A stretch of DNA of 64,000 nt from Octopus bimaculoides (Eukaryota), in assembly GCF_001194135.2 (NCBI RefSeq), contig NC_068981.1, forward strand, positions 153,729,782 to 153,793,781, given 5' to 3'. The translations under genes were made by a program, and so were the position numbers. Shown piece after piece: positions 25,914-37,034 of the stretch (the stretch's first letter is position 1; every line of letters starts with the position of its first letter). The notes beneath the pieces are model-generated. The model saw nothing but the letters and a program-made list of their open reading frames with translations. It had not been told where the DNA came from and searched no databases.

Positions 25914-28764
25914 TANNNNNNNNNNNNNNNNNNNNNNNNNNNNNNNNNNNNNNNNNNNNNNNNNNNNNNNNNNNNNNNNNNNNNNNNNNNNNNNNNNNNN
26001 NNNNNNNNNNNNNNNTATATAAACAGGTTTCACTTAGGCATAGTGATACTAATAGCCCAATGTTAGAACTCAATATTAACGTGCATCAGAATAAAATAGA
26101 GAGCAAAATATCGAATTAAATAAATGACAAGGTAACAGAATTAAATGATCAACTTTCTTTGCTTACCACTGATTCTGCTATAAGAAGCAGTGCCCTCACA
26201 GCTGAGTGCTTCAGCATCACCTTATAGCTTCTTCAGAGTTTCTAAATGCAATGCAAGTTTGAGAAAGCATTTACAGAGTGTGCCGATGCTTTCCCAAATA
26301 AGCTTCCATTTCATTTTAAGAGCTCTGAGGAAGCTATAAGGTGATACACAATCATTCAAATCTGAATGCACTACATAGCATAACAGAAACAGCTGTATGC
26401 TAATGAAATTAATTACGTAATTCTGTTTCCATGTCATTTGTTTAACTATATATGATTTTTCTTTGAGTTTTAAGTTCTTCATGAGAAAGTCCAAGACAGT
26501 CACTAACAAAGTGACAAGACTTTTGAGTTAGAGTTCCTGGCGTTTGTAAATATGTGGTTGAGTTGGTGTGTTGATTGAACTGTTGATGCATACGCCCAAG
26601 TGTGTGCATCTATACACATAATCTCAGATAAAGAATTTGGTGAATGTCTTACAAATCTTCACTGTGCCACTAATAGATTGGATTTGAAGAATCCATGTCA
26701 GTTTCTTTTTTGCTTTCTCTGTGAAACCAAGTATTTCTAGGTTTTTGTGCAAATTTGTTGGTACAAAATGTAATGCACCCTATAATGTATTTATGTAAGT
26801 ATATAGAGGGAAGAGTGGAGTAATTGTGTGATATAGTTGCAGGGAGTTTAGTAGTGTGGTGTAGATGTTGGGGATTTGGGAATTTGGTGTAGTTGTCAAG
26901 GTTAATGTACCAAAAAGAGGTTCAATAATTTACTTTCAGATACCATTAAAATGGACTTTTATATGCAAGTTCTATATATATATTTCAACTCATATTGGAT
27001 TTTAGTCCATGTCAGAAGACGGTATTAAAGAAAAAAAAACTCGTGTAGCACATTTCCACCTTCTTAATGAAGCAAAATTTAAAAAAAAAAAAAGGGTTCA
27101 ACTTACAGCAAAATCTTCTGGTAGGACACGTAATACATCAAATACAACTGCATCATAACTTTTCATCCGGGTAAGACTAGAGCGTTTCTCCAATGACTCT
27201 TGACTGCCATGACTAACACCCTAAAAAAAAAGAAGAAAATACAAATTAAAAAGGTCATAAATGACAATACATTATTGGCAAAAGAAACAATGAAATTACT
27301 CTGAGGGAGCAAGAACTGAGAGTGAGGGAGGAGATGCAGGCATAGAATGGTATCAAATAACATTACAAACTATTAAACATAGATTACAAAACATTAATAT
27401 ATCCAACAGATACAAGTAATTATGCTGATTATCACCATCATCATATTAGCTCCCCATGCTGACATGGGTTGGATGAATCATTTCTGCTTTTCTTTCTAGA
27501 AAAGTGAAAAAAGCACATCTCACTTGTAAGTTCCATTTTCAAAGGCTTGGCTTCTACATTTAGATACCCTTTCCTAACACCAACCACTCTACAGAGTGTA
27601 CTGGATGCATTTTATCATGACACCAGCACTAGAGAGGCTATCATGCAGTGTCTGAAAACACTAAAGGGTCCTCTTGACCCCATACTTCATAGCGTGTACT
27701 GTGTACATTACATCATGGCACTAGCATTGGAGAGAATTGCCATGACTGACAAGACTAAAGAGTCTACACAACCCTCACGTTTCTAATTACTCATCAACTG
27801 ACAGACCCAATATTAGAAATAAAATAACTTCTGTACTGATTCCAGTTGATTAAACAAAAGGTCAACATTTGAAAGCGAAGTATACAGTGAACTGAACCAA
27901 TTTTAGTATTTTCTGGCGCTATCAAGTCTGGAGGAATGAAAAGCAAAGTGGACCCAAGTTAAAATTGGAAGCAAATTAGTCTTGGACATCAGAGTTTTTC
28001 AGCATTAAGGATTTAATGTTAGTCAAAGACAAGGAAAAATTTGTCACAAGCAACATTAGAACTAAATACATCTCCATCAAGTCATTGATGGAACCCCTAT
28101 TTGATCACTGATAAAAATAGCAGCAAAATTTTCAAGAAATCAAACCATACCATCTTTAAATGGAAAAAAAAGGGTATATTTGATAAGGTTGTCTTGAATA
28201 CATTGTGCAAAAAAATGAGATGGTCATGGTTAGAATGGTTTAATCATAAGTCCACTTGATTATAGCTAACCCATGGATAACAACATCATGTCTTTAAGCT
28301 GATGAAATATAAGTTGAACCCTTTAGCATTTATACTAGCCATATCTAGCCCAAAACTGGCCAGATCTGGAAAGTCATACCTACCCTACAATATCATTCTA
28401 AGAGTAAGCAATCATATCATGAAAATCTCAAAGCTACAAGATAACATAGAATTAATTCAAGACAATGTATATAAATAAACATTACATTTGACTGACTAAT
28501 ATGACCACTAAAGGGTTAAAATAGTCCAATGAAATAACAAATAAATGAGCACTCTTTCAGCTGAGTGTTGAAAAACAAATTGATGCTCCAAGTTTTTGAG
28601 TTGCTAAACAAACCTGGAACCTTTTGTTCAAATGAAAAAAAACATATACAAAAGATAGCAAAAGTTTGTCATTAACAATATCCTCTCAAATTTCAACTGA
28701 AAATTCTCATTAACATTGTTGAAAACCAAGCAATAGTAATTTACATTCTGGTAAACATTCAATA

Positions 28765-28802
<38 letters not shown>

Positions 28803-29970
28803 CCAAGTAAGACCATATCCGTGGCCTATGCCAGTACCGCCTGACTGGCCCTCATGCCAGTGGCACGTAAAAAGCACCCACTACACTCTTGGAGTGGTTG
28901 GCATTAGGAAGGGCATCCAGCTGTAGAAACTCTGCCAGATCAGATTGNNNNNNNNNNTATATGTATATATATATATATATAGGATGAATTTAGGTCTTTT
29001 TCATTTTACAATAATTTGGACTAGCAAAATTACATAATATCACTAGACTCCATCTCATTTGCCCTCATTTCCAAACTAATAATCAAATTGTCATATCAGG
29101 TATACCACTTTCTACATAATGTCAACTTATAATGTATGTCCATTTTATCAAGAGAAATAAAGACATTAACATCAATTATAGCCTCAAATACTCTACATTA
29201 TAAAGTTTTATAATCAGACAAGTACACAAGCCCAGTACATAATTCAATCAATCCTAAATATATACACAAATACTTAATTCCATACATATTTTCCTCAACA
29301 CTTCATATTAGGCTATGCTTGACAAATTAAGCATCTTATTACAATAGTATAAAGTATAATCTCGTTAGATCTAACCCCAAATGGTATGCAAGATAATCCA
29401 ATCAGTAATCAAATAATTAAGTAAGATTCACCCTTAAAAAGTTTCTCTCTCACACATACATGCACACACAGATCAAGTAGATTTTTTATGTCAAAAAGGA
29501 ATGCATACAATACAATGGAACAGAGAGTTAATTTATATATTACTACAATTACATAAGCAAATCAGACCATCTTTATTGTCAAGTTCAAACTAGCTGGATA
29601 TACAACTATTGTCAATTGAATCACAGTCTGAACAAATGATACGGTTGCACACAATCAAAATTTATGGGGGTGTATTTCAAGGTAGCACCAGTACTAGAGA
29701 TGTTCTCTGATAAAACTAAAGAATTGTCTCAACTATGCTGTCTCTATTCATTCAAGACAACATGACTGAGACAAAGTGGTGGGAGAACAAGAATGTAGTA
29801 ACAGCAAGGAAGCAGTGACAATATTTATATGCAAGAAAGGAGTACATAAAAATTCCTTACAGTGTACTCAGTTTAAGTTGTGAAACACAAATAAGGTATA
29901 ATGGGACTACAAGAAAGCTCACAGAGATGGATTTTGTACATTGCAGATATGCAAGAGCAGTCACCAGTAA

Positions 29971-30014
<44 letters not shown>

Positions 30015-31110
30015 AACAAACTCTTTCAAATGCTTGTAAAATTCCCTAAAAGTAGCTGAAAGCTTCAGTTACCGAAGTGCTTATTAAGTAGTGGATGTGG
30101 ATGTTCCAAAATGAGCAACTAGAGTAAGAGTGGAGTGGAGTGGAAAAAGTTTAACCTTTTAGCATTTAAACCAGCAATATCCAGTCCAAATATTCTGTTT
30201 TATAACTTTGATAGGTTTCAGCCAGTATAGGCCATGTCTAAAAGCACCACCAGGTGAAGTATTTTAGTCATATATGTTTTATGTCCAGACTGGCCAGATC
30301 ATGCCTCTCACACCTCCCTCACAATGTCATTCTAAAACTAATCAATCACATCATTGAAATCTCAAAGCTACGAGATAATGCATGAAAATACAAAGGAATA
30401 TGAATAAATAAGCATTATGTTTCATAGAGTAATCTGAATGCTAAAGGGATAAGGATCTATTATCTTTGCTAATAATAAAATGAAGGGCAAACTTATAATG
30501 CATATGTGCAAGTTGTGGTGCTGCATGGTATTAAAACATGGGTATTGGATGCAGAGGATGATGTGCAAAGGCTGGAGAGAAATGAGGGGAGTATGCTCAC
30601 CTGAATGTGTGATGTTAATGTGCATGAACTTTGGAGCACAAATGAACAGAGAGAAAAGCTAGATTATAAGAGGAATCAGAAGTTGAGTGCAATAGGCCTG
30701 GTACAGACATGAGAAACACACATGGTGTATGTCTGTTGCATAAAAAAAATTGCCAAGAGTTTGAAGTGGAAGGAATCCACAGAAGAGGGGAAACCTCGAG
30801 AGACATGGAACAAAATCAGGAAGAACAATCTAAAGAAATAGAGTTTAATAAAGAAGCCTATATGCACCTACATCTAAAAATATTTTTTTAAAGTTTAATC
30901 AACAGAGCCAAGACTGTATATACTACTTCACTTTCAAAACGGATTTTAATAAAATTATCCAGAAATATCAAAAAACTTACATCTGCAAATGAAGATTGAG
31001 GTGTATTATAGTCTCCACTGCTGTCACTCTCCAAAGTTTTAGTGAAGCTCTTACTGCTATCCTCCGGGGTCAGGATTCGGTGAGGTATGTTCATTTTCTT
31101 ACCCTCCCAC
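3433..31110 (-). CDS. RALGPS1: RalGPS-family Ral GEF, spliced multi-exon gene; span of the eight well-supported exons, 3' end outside the window
   Basis: Joined translation: [11 protein letters not shown]...[132 protein letters not shown]...[18 protein letters not shown]...[16 protein letters not shown]. It matches human RALGPS1/2 motifs from memory ([61 protein letters not shown]). All introns GT-AG with consistent phases. Symbol denotes the family; RALGPS1 vs RALGPS2 orthology cannot be resolved. Confidence 0.95.
4706..4829 (-). CDS. RALGPS1: RalGPS exon (124 nt, phase 0-1): [41 protein letters not shown](G)
   Basis: Acceptor ttttcag (AG at 4831-4830), donor GTTAGT (GT at 4705-4704); PCIPYLG motif. 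Missed by the ORF track. Confidence 0.95.
5408..5589 (-). mobile_element. SINE family A, 3' 180 bp
   Basis: Near-consensus; about 95% identical to the reverse complement of 18202-18383. Confidence 0.88.
7287..7591 (+). mobile_element. SINE family A, internal segment without tail
   Basis: Reverse complement of 17086-17402, about 85% identical; contains the ~70-bp GTGGCACGTAAAAAGCACC subunits. Confidence 0.85.
9451..9543 (-). CDS. RALGPS1: RalGPS exon (93 nt, phase 0-0): [31 protein letters not shown]
   Basis: Acceptor ttttatttcag, donor GTAAGT; NNLHS..LSALQS..IFRL.KTW RasGEF motif. Confidence 0.96.
10057..10169. repeat. 19-bp minisatellite (GGGCATGTGCGCTTGTCAT), about 6 units
   Basis: Four perfect units at 10076-10151 with variant first and last units. 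Confidence 0.95.
10456..10545 (-). CDS. RALGPS1: RalGPS exon (90 nt, phase 0-0): [30 protein letters not shown]
   Basis: Acceptor tttttttgcag, donor GTAAGT; FWV.REIL...RAE.L.HF.KIA motif. Confidence 0.96.
12380..12700. repeat. Degenerate pentamer-like (TGGAG/TAGAG/TGGTG) low-complexity tract
   Basis: Recurrent gtgga/gtaga/gtggt words and strong G skew. Confidence 0.55.
12853..13162 (+). mobile_element. tRNA-derived SINE (family M) with GTGTCCTTGAGCAAGACACTT core
   Basis: A-box-like TGGCTTAGTGG, B-box-like GAGTTCAATTCC; homologous to the inverted copies at 20990-21300, 21978-22360 and 63598-63852. Confidence 0.85.
13240..13960 (+). mobile_element. Penelope-like retroelement fragment (RT thumb plus GIY-YIG endonuclease), disrupted
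   Basis: [37 protein letters not shown] (RT C-terminus); LPYVKGL..KI; [26 protein letters not shown] (GIY-YIG-like); contains stops and frameshifts. Confidence 0.88.
13985..14070 (+). mobile_element. Short tRNA-like SINE head
   Basis: A-box-like TAGTGTAGTGG and B-box-like AGTTCAATCCC followed by aataat; no intact cloverleaf seen. Confidence 0.5.
14089..14140. repeat. 26-bp tandem duplication
   Basis: tcttatttaactgtgatggattg(g/t)tg twice. Confidence 0.9.
15180..15400 (+). mobile_element. SINE family C (tRNA-like head), full length, 12-bp TSD
   Basis: gagctggcagaaacattagcacgcc...gagttcaaattccgccgaggtcgattttgcctttcatcc...aataaagaaataag; flanked by aaatgcagtgaa at 15168-15179 and 15401-15412. 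Other copies at about 5900-6170(-), 23110-23520(-), 36712-36860(+) and 52570-52770(-). Confidence 0.88.
15490..15880 (-). mobile_element. SINE family B, inverted, near full length
   Basis: Reverse complement of the 37035-37450 pattern. Further inverted partial copies at about 3170-3310, 4320-4470, 14250-14440, 32225-32395, 46950-47070, 48911-49052, 51000-51130, 58500-58640 and 58860-59035. Confidence 0.8.
16575..16658 (-). CDS. RALGPS1: RalGPS exon (84 nt, phase 0-0): [28 protein letters not shown]
   Basis: Acceptor attgtag, donor GTAAGT; [12 protein letters not shown] matches human RALGPS1 as recalled. Missed by the ORF track. Confidence 0.96.
16896..17590 (-). mobile_element. SINE-like family A, longest copy ((GAT)n tail, internal tandem subunits)
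   Basis: Reverse complement ends ...GGTTGGCATTAGGAAGGGCATCCAGCTGTAGAAA...CCAACCCATGCTAGCATGGAAAGCGGATATTAAATGATGATG. Strand refers to the tail-last orientation. The same block recurs more than 15 times in the window. Confidence 0.85.
18202..18383 (+). mobile_element. SINE family A, 3' 180 bp with (GAC)n tail
   Basis: ggtgacacgtaaaagcacccactacactctctgagtggttggcgttaggaagggcatccagctg...gcggacgttaaacgacgacgac. Confidence 0.88.
20462..20718. repeat. Compound (GT)n/(GA)n/GAAA purine-rich microsatellite
   Basis: Seen directly. Confidence 0.95.
20990..21300 (-). mobile_element. tRNA-derived SINE family M
   Basis: Contains aagtggctgagcactccacagacac and gacaaggctggcccttttgaa; ends in a tRNA-like head (accctaaccactaggccacgc). 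Confidence 0.82.
21326..21765 (-). mobile_element. SINE family A, long copy
   Basis: Colinear with 16896-17330. Confidence 0.85.
21978..22360 (-). mobile_element. tRNA-derived SINE family M, near full-length, (CAA)n tail
   Basis: Minus-strand head GGCGCAATGGCCCAGTGGTTAGGG; 13-bp direct repeat at both ends. Confidence 0.88.
23777..23827 (-). CDS. RALGPS1: RalGPS exon (51 nt, phase 0-0): [17 protein letters not shown]
   Basis: Acceptor cattttccag, donor GTAAAG; matches human SQITLMDIPVFKAIQPE. Confidence 0.95.
24290..25028 (-). mobile_element. Helitron Rep/helicase N-terminal remnant
   Basis: Starts MPPKK (ATG at 25028); three ~69-bp repeats encoding [10 protein letters not shown]-like units; then [59 protein letters not shown], a typical Helitron segment. 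Confidence 0.85.
26620..26790 (-). mobile_element. Non-LTR retrotransposon C-terminal remnant (R4/Dong- or NeSL-like restriction-endonuclease tail)
   Basis: With a frameshift reads IIGAL...[38 protein letters not shown], resembling the PIIIGALG..PK.L...L..LG...LQK..LLGT.KI.R motif. Confidence 0.55.
27107..27220 (-). CDS. RALGPS1: RalGPS exon (114 nt, phase 0-0): [38 protein letters not shown]
   Basis: Acceptor ttttttttag, donor GTAAGT; [11 protein letters not shown] is the RalGPS signature at the start of the GEF domain. Confidence 0.95.
28319..28515 (+). mobile_element. piggyBac-like MITE (CCCTTTAG...CTAAAGGG termini, TTAA flank)
   Basis: Terminal inverted repeats; TTAA at 28516-28519. piggyBac elements insert at TTAA and begin CCC. 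Confidence 0.7.
28800..28947 (+). mobile_element. SINE family A copy, cut by an assembly gap
   Basis: gccagtaccgcctgactggccctcatgccagtggcacgtaaaaagcacccactacac...ggaagggcatccagctgtag. Confidence 0.8.
30155..30448 (+). mobile_element. piggyBac-like MITE copy with ~75-bp internal insertion
   Basis: TTAA|CCTTTTAGCATT...AATGCTAAAGGG; body colinear with 28319-28515. Confidence 0.7.
30470..30860 (+). mobile_element. RTE-clade LINE 3' ORF remnant
   Basis: Frameshifted [49 protein letters not shown]; typical RTE post-RT domain. Confidence 0.7.
30981..31110 (-). CDS. RALGPS1: RalGPS N-terminal exon (130 nt, phase 2-0): [43 protein letters not shown]; internal ATG at 31094
   Basis: Strong acceptor gtttatgttttctttcag and donor GTAAGT; open frame continuous with the next exon. 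No recognisable homology (Ser/Thr-rich). Confidence 0.8.
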
Positions 31111-31329
31111 CTGAAAGAAAACATAAACAAGTCATTAAATTACATTAAAAAAAAAAAGAACAACAACAACAATGATTTCTTATATTGATACAGATTTACA
31201 ATTGTTTCTGGATTGAATTGATAGTAAGTACATAACTTATTCAATTTCATCAAGTCTAACTATATAAAAAGCATGGTCAACCCAGATGAAATCTGAACTA
31301 AACAAAAGGATGAACTCATAACATTAGGT

Positions 31330-31360
<31 letters not shown>

Positions 31361-32111
31361 CGAGCACTTCATCACTTATATTAAAACAATGAGGATTTCT
31401 AACTTTGCTATAAAGTAAAATATTTTCCAGATGTAGTCAATTGCTAAAATCAACACCACCACTACCTAACTGATACTTATTTTGACCTTGGGAAAATGAA
31501 ACTAAACTAGAAGCTCAAGATATAAATAGATGTAATACTAAATGGCATTTTGTTCACTGCTTCATTGATTTAGTATTAATACTAATAATACTGCAACAAA
31601 TTACTGAACAATTTGAAAATAAGTAAAAAGTAAAGCAACCCGGTTAACTGTGAACATCAACAACATTTTTGCATCTGCTTTTTCCATGCTGGCATGAAAA
31701 GGAGATTTTGTTGAGACAGTATCCTAAGCCAGATGCCCTTCCTGATGTTAACCATGACTGGTTTCCAAGTAAGGTACTTATTATCCTGGTCTTTCATATG
31801 AGGGACAAGACAGGTTTTTCCACATGGACATAGCCTGAACAGTGATATATTTTATGCATTAAATAGATAAACTATGTCAAAATACAAACAGGAAGATACA
31901 AATGCATGCACTGGAACTCCATAATGTGTATAGTACTAGTATATTAATAATACTAACACTAGAGAATCAGATTCCGGTAAATTCGAAGATATATCGATGA
32001 ACTGGAGGAAGCTTGGATGCAAGACATCTCTGGAAAGAGCAATCTCTTTCCTTATTAAATTTTATATATGTATATGTGTGTATGTATGTACACTCCCCCT
32101 AAATACACATC

Positions 32112-32204
<93 letters not shown>

Positions 32205-33484
32205 CATACAGAGAGAGGGAGAGAGAGGAAATGCTTCCATACAGTTTCTGAGAACCAATTTCCCTGACAAGTTATTGGTCAGCTTCAGGTTATAGTAGAA
32301 CACACTTATGATGCCACACAACAGGAATGGAAACCAAGTGGTTGCGAAGCAAACTTCTTAACCACACAGCCATGAATGGACAAGCTACCTCTAAATTAAG
32401 TATAGAACCCAATTCACTTCATTGATACTGTTATTGTTTTTGATAAAAGTATGAACATCACTAAACCCCTACCTCACATACTTCTGCTCCTTATAAGTAT
32501 GGCTATTTATAGCATAATATTCTATTAACATACGAAAATTTTTATAGGATCCTCCTGGAAACTAACCTTTTAAAATATAAATTTCTGACAGATTTAAGAC
32601 TTAAAGTTTAGAAAATGAAGGAAATGAGATTATGTAGTATTCATGTTGTTTTCAAGGGAACTAAAGTGACAGGAATTGGCTATAACTGGAAATATGTCAT
32701 GTCAAATACTTAGTTCATTAGGAATTCATCTCCACATTGCTCATTAACTGATATTATTGATTTCTTACATACTCATAAGGCCTCAGATAAAAGGAGGAAA
32801 AGGATGAAGGAGAATCGTATGACATTCATGTTTTTATCAAAAAAAAAAAAAAAAGCCATGTTAGCGAAGTAAAACTAGAAATTATAATTAGGTTCTATAC
32901 TTAATTCACAGACAGCTTGCCCACTCATTCAGTATCTCAAAGATGCAAAACGTGATTCTGATTATAAAAGACATTAAATAAAAGAATGAATAACATTAAC
33001 ATTAACCTTATTTTTACACCAGGTTATAAATCAATACCTCTAATATCTACTGGGGGGGGGGGGACACTCAGTTACTTCCAGAAATGTATCAACACAAATT
33101 ACAGCCCTAAGTGGCTTGCCTTCAATCTTGTCAGAGCAGCAGATACAATTTAAGTACTTGTCCAGCTGACAAGTAGTTACACCACTTTTTTTTTCTTTTT
33201 TCCACCCCCTCATTGCTTGTACTGATTACACTCCATGAAACTATATTGCCAAATCAAATTTCCAACATACACTTAACATTATGGGTATCAGATTAAGATG
33301 CTGAACACTTGAATCAAGTCTTCACACAATTTCAGCAATTTTATTTGGCATCCTGGATCCAAGCCATGCTAATTGTTCTAATCAACCAACATAATAAAAG
33401 AAATACAGAGACTAGTCTGACTTCAGGGAAGCTGATAAATTCCAAGATATTTATTCAAAGAATAAGAAAATTTATAATTCTACC

Positions 33485-33699
33485 CCCATTAGCATTCAGA
33501 CTACTCTGTCAAAATGTAATGCTTATTTATTCAAATTTTTTTTTTAATAATTATGCATTAACTCATAGCTTCAAGATTTTGATGATGTGATTATTTTTAG
33601 AATGACATTGTCAGGTAGGTGTGAGAGGCTGATCTGATCAGTTTGAAAATAAAACTAGTAGAATTTTTGGCCAGATACGGCTGGTTTAAATGCTAAAGG
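33485..33699 (-). mobile_element. piggyBac-like MITE, inverted copy
   Basis: cccattagcattcagactactctgtcaaaatgtaatgc...aaatgctaaagg; another inverted copy at about 5017-5230. Confidence 0.7.
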
Positions 33700-35081
33700 C
33701 GTACGGATCTACTCAATATACATGACTGAAGAAAACAGAACAGCAAATCTTATCATAAAATGTTACACTTCACAATTAGATTTGAATTTATTATTTTTTT
33801 TTCCTTTCACTGCTAACTGGGAAAGTGTTTGCACATGCATGCATTTGTCATGACAGACCCAGTGATTTTCAAATTCTTTTACCATTATTAACGCTTGGCT
33901 CTCTGCTTCATTATCAGTGACATCATTACCTGTAACATTAACCTCTATAGAAGTTAGTAACAGTAAATTTCTAGGATTATCAATAAGCCAGATTCTCTTT
34001 CTCCGAGACATGCATCCATTCATGATCTCTTTGCAAGCAATCTAAATGCATCAAAGAATAAGGATAGAGCTCACTTTCATAACTGAGAAGCTCTGACCTA
34101 ATAAACACTTGGTTTCATAGATGCCTTATAAAATAAATGTCTTCCTTTTTTTTTTTTATACGACAGAGCAATACATAATCCTCACACTTGGTTGGATCAA
34201 TACTGAATTTATTCAAGCTCAAAGCTTTGAAACAATTGCTACACAAAAATACTCAGTAATTTTGGGATTCCATGACCAGGTCATTGATTTCTAATATTTC
34301 TCTTATTTTACTGACCAACTCTAAAAAAATGGAAAGCTAAATCACTCTTCGAAGGAAATTAACCATATTAGCATAAATTACAAACACTCTGCTACTAATC
34401 AATCATACAGCTTTTACCTTTAAATATTCATGATGTAAACCAATCTTAAAGGAGGTGAAAGAATTGCCATCAATATTTTATAATGTTGTATTGTTAGAAT
34501 TACTTAAAATGTGATAATTTAATTGGTTTTGTTAACAGCAAATCAGCTCTGAACAAGCAGACCAATGATCAGCTTCCAGCCATGACCATGCCATTATTTT
34601 GGACAATCGAGAATACATTATCCAATGTGTCCTTCCATTCTGAAGGCAGTATGGTGTATTTTGAAGATTTGAGTGTTATTTCTAGCAAGTCAGGCAATCA
34701 CATAGATGCTTCCTTATTAGCTCATTCTTAGCTATCTTGTGTGCTATTTTACATAATTGTCACAGTAAAAAAANNNNNNNNNNNNNNNNNNNNNNNNNNN
34801 NNNNNNNNNNNNNNNNNNNNNNNNNNNNNNNNNNNNNNNNNNNNNNNNNNNNNNNNNNNNNNNNNNNNNNNNNNNNNNNNNNNNNNNNNNNNNNNNNNNN
34901 NNNNNNNNNNNNNNNNNNNNNNNNNNNTATATATATATAATAGCAATATTTGTTCTCTATTCAGAAAATACTGCCTGTAATATTTATGTAAAAACCTCCA
35001 ATTACCAATATGAAACTTAATTTTCCAAGTCAATGCTATACAACTCTTAGACACACACAGAATCACTAAAGTTACAAAAAT

Positions 35082-35116
<35 letters not shown>

Positions 35117-35649
35117 TATATATAGATGTATGTAAGTACATATTCCAACTCATTAGAAAACAATATGAGGGTAAAATACATCATCAAATATTTAACCCAT
35201 CGAAACTCCTATTAAAATTTCATTTTCATTTAATCACACAACAAAAGAGTGAGCTTTATATTTTTAATCATTTCTAATAGCATTAAGATATTAATTATAC
35301 ACAAAGGAACAATTTTATAACAATAATTCTGATGTTAAGTTAATCTATTTTTCAAATTCTTATCAATTCACTCCCTTTCCATTAAAAAAATGTGACTGAG
35401 TAAGAAAATATTTCCTGAAATATCCTCCCCATCTCCAACCTGTCTTTCCATTATATTTTGATATCTTTATATGCACACTGCATACCCCATCAGTTTGTAT
35501 AAAGCGGAAATTCTTATGAAGCTTACCTATAATTCAATTAGCTGATCCAAAGATCAGTTACAAAAACTTAAAAGTATTTTCACCTGAATCAAAGTGTCAG
35601 ATGTAACTGAACACAGAAACAATACTGAAAAAAGAAGCAACAATAAAAT

Positions 35650-35772
35650 AAAGTGGTAAGAAGCTTGCTTCCCAACCACATGGCACCATGGGCAAGTATC
35701 CTCTACAAGAGCCACAGTCTGACCAAAGCCTTGTGAGTGGATTTGGTAGAGAGAAACTGAAAGAAGCCTGCC

Positions 35773-35809
<37 letters not shown>

Positions 35810-36020
35810 TGCATTTGTCCCCCATCCCATCACCACTTGACAACTGGTGTTGGTGTGTTTACTTTCCTGTAATTTAGCAGTTCGATAAAAGAGACTAATA
35901 GAATAAGTACCAGGCTTCAAAAAAAAAAAGTACTGGGGGTGGGGGTCGATTCATCTGATTAAAATTCTTCCAAGGCAGTGCCCCAGAAAGGCCACAGTCT
36001 AATGACCAAAACAAAAAAGA
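35650..36020 (+). mobile_element. SINE family B with deleted head
   Basis: Colinear with 37035-37450. Confidence 0.82.
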
Positions 36021-37034
36021 GAAAATAAATTTCTCCACATATGGAAAAAAAATTGTGGGAGATTGATTTTTGTGGGAGAGATTTTCTTGTTTGTGTTAGT
36101 GCCACTGATGGCTTTTAATGAATAATAGAACACTTATTCATCATTCATTATATTCACCTCTTCACTTATTCCTCACCTCTAACCATCTATCACTCTCTCC
36201 GTACATTCTTGCAACCTCTATCTACCAGACCCCCACTAGTTGATCTCTCTAACTATCTCGGATACTCCCACCTCCTTTTCTGTAATGTGAGTATCCATGT
36301 AGCTCCTCTACATCAAGAAACCTGTTCTGTTCTGGCTCTTCATCATATTTTAATCTCCTGTCTTTAAGAGGTTAAAATACAACAAAATAAGTTGAGGGTG
36401 GAGAGAGAAGTGTTACCTTCTAACAAGTTTGTTGAAAGGTAGGTGAATGGACCAATTCTGAGCATACACATGTGAAGAAATAAAAGAAGGGCTCTTTGCC
36501 CTGCTGATTAGGCACCCATGGCTTTTTCCACAAGGACCTTTAAAGTGCCTCCCCTTTTGGGAGTGTTGTTTAATTTTTTATTGTTACATTGTTTACATGC
36601 TGAAAACCCTTTGTCTCATGTTGTCTTCTACATTGTGGCAGGTCATTTTATGTTGCTTTATATAAGCCCTTGTGACTAATAAAAGAATTAATTATTATTA
36701 GTTATTATTAAGGTGGCAAGCTGGCAGAATTATTAGCACACCGGGCAAAATCCTTAGCAGCATTTCTTTCATCCTTACATTCTGAGTAAGACAAACACTG
36801 GAGTTGATGTAATCAACTAGTCCCCTACCCCAAAATTTCAGGCCTTGTGCCTATAGTAGAAATTTAAGAGAAAAAAAAACAATAAATCCTCATATAAGCA
36901 TTATGTTTCAAATTTACAGAGAAGAGGAAATTGGTTTTAAAGTTTTAAGATAAGAGTATACTTAATTAAACAGATACCATCATAATATAGTATTTTATTA
37001 GTCCAGGAGGAATGAAATACAAATTCAACTAGCA

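Noticed and set aside
31103-31110. 8-nt microexon using the internal GG|GTAAGA donor inside exon 30981-31110
   Set aside because: It would frameshift into an immediate TAG in the next exon; the full 130-nt exon gives a continuous frame.
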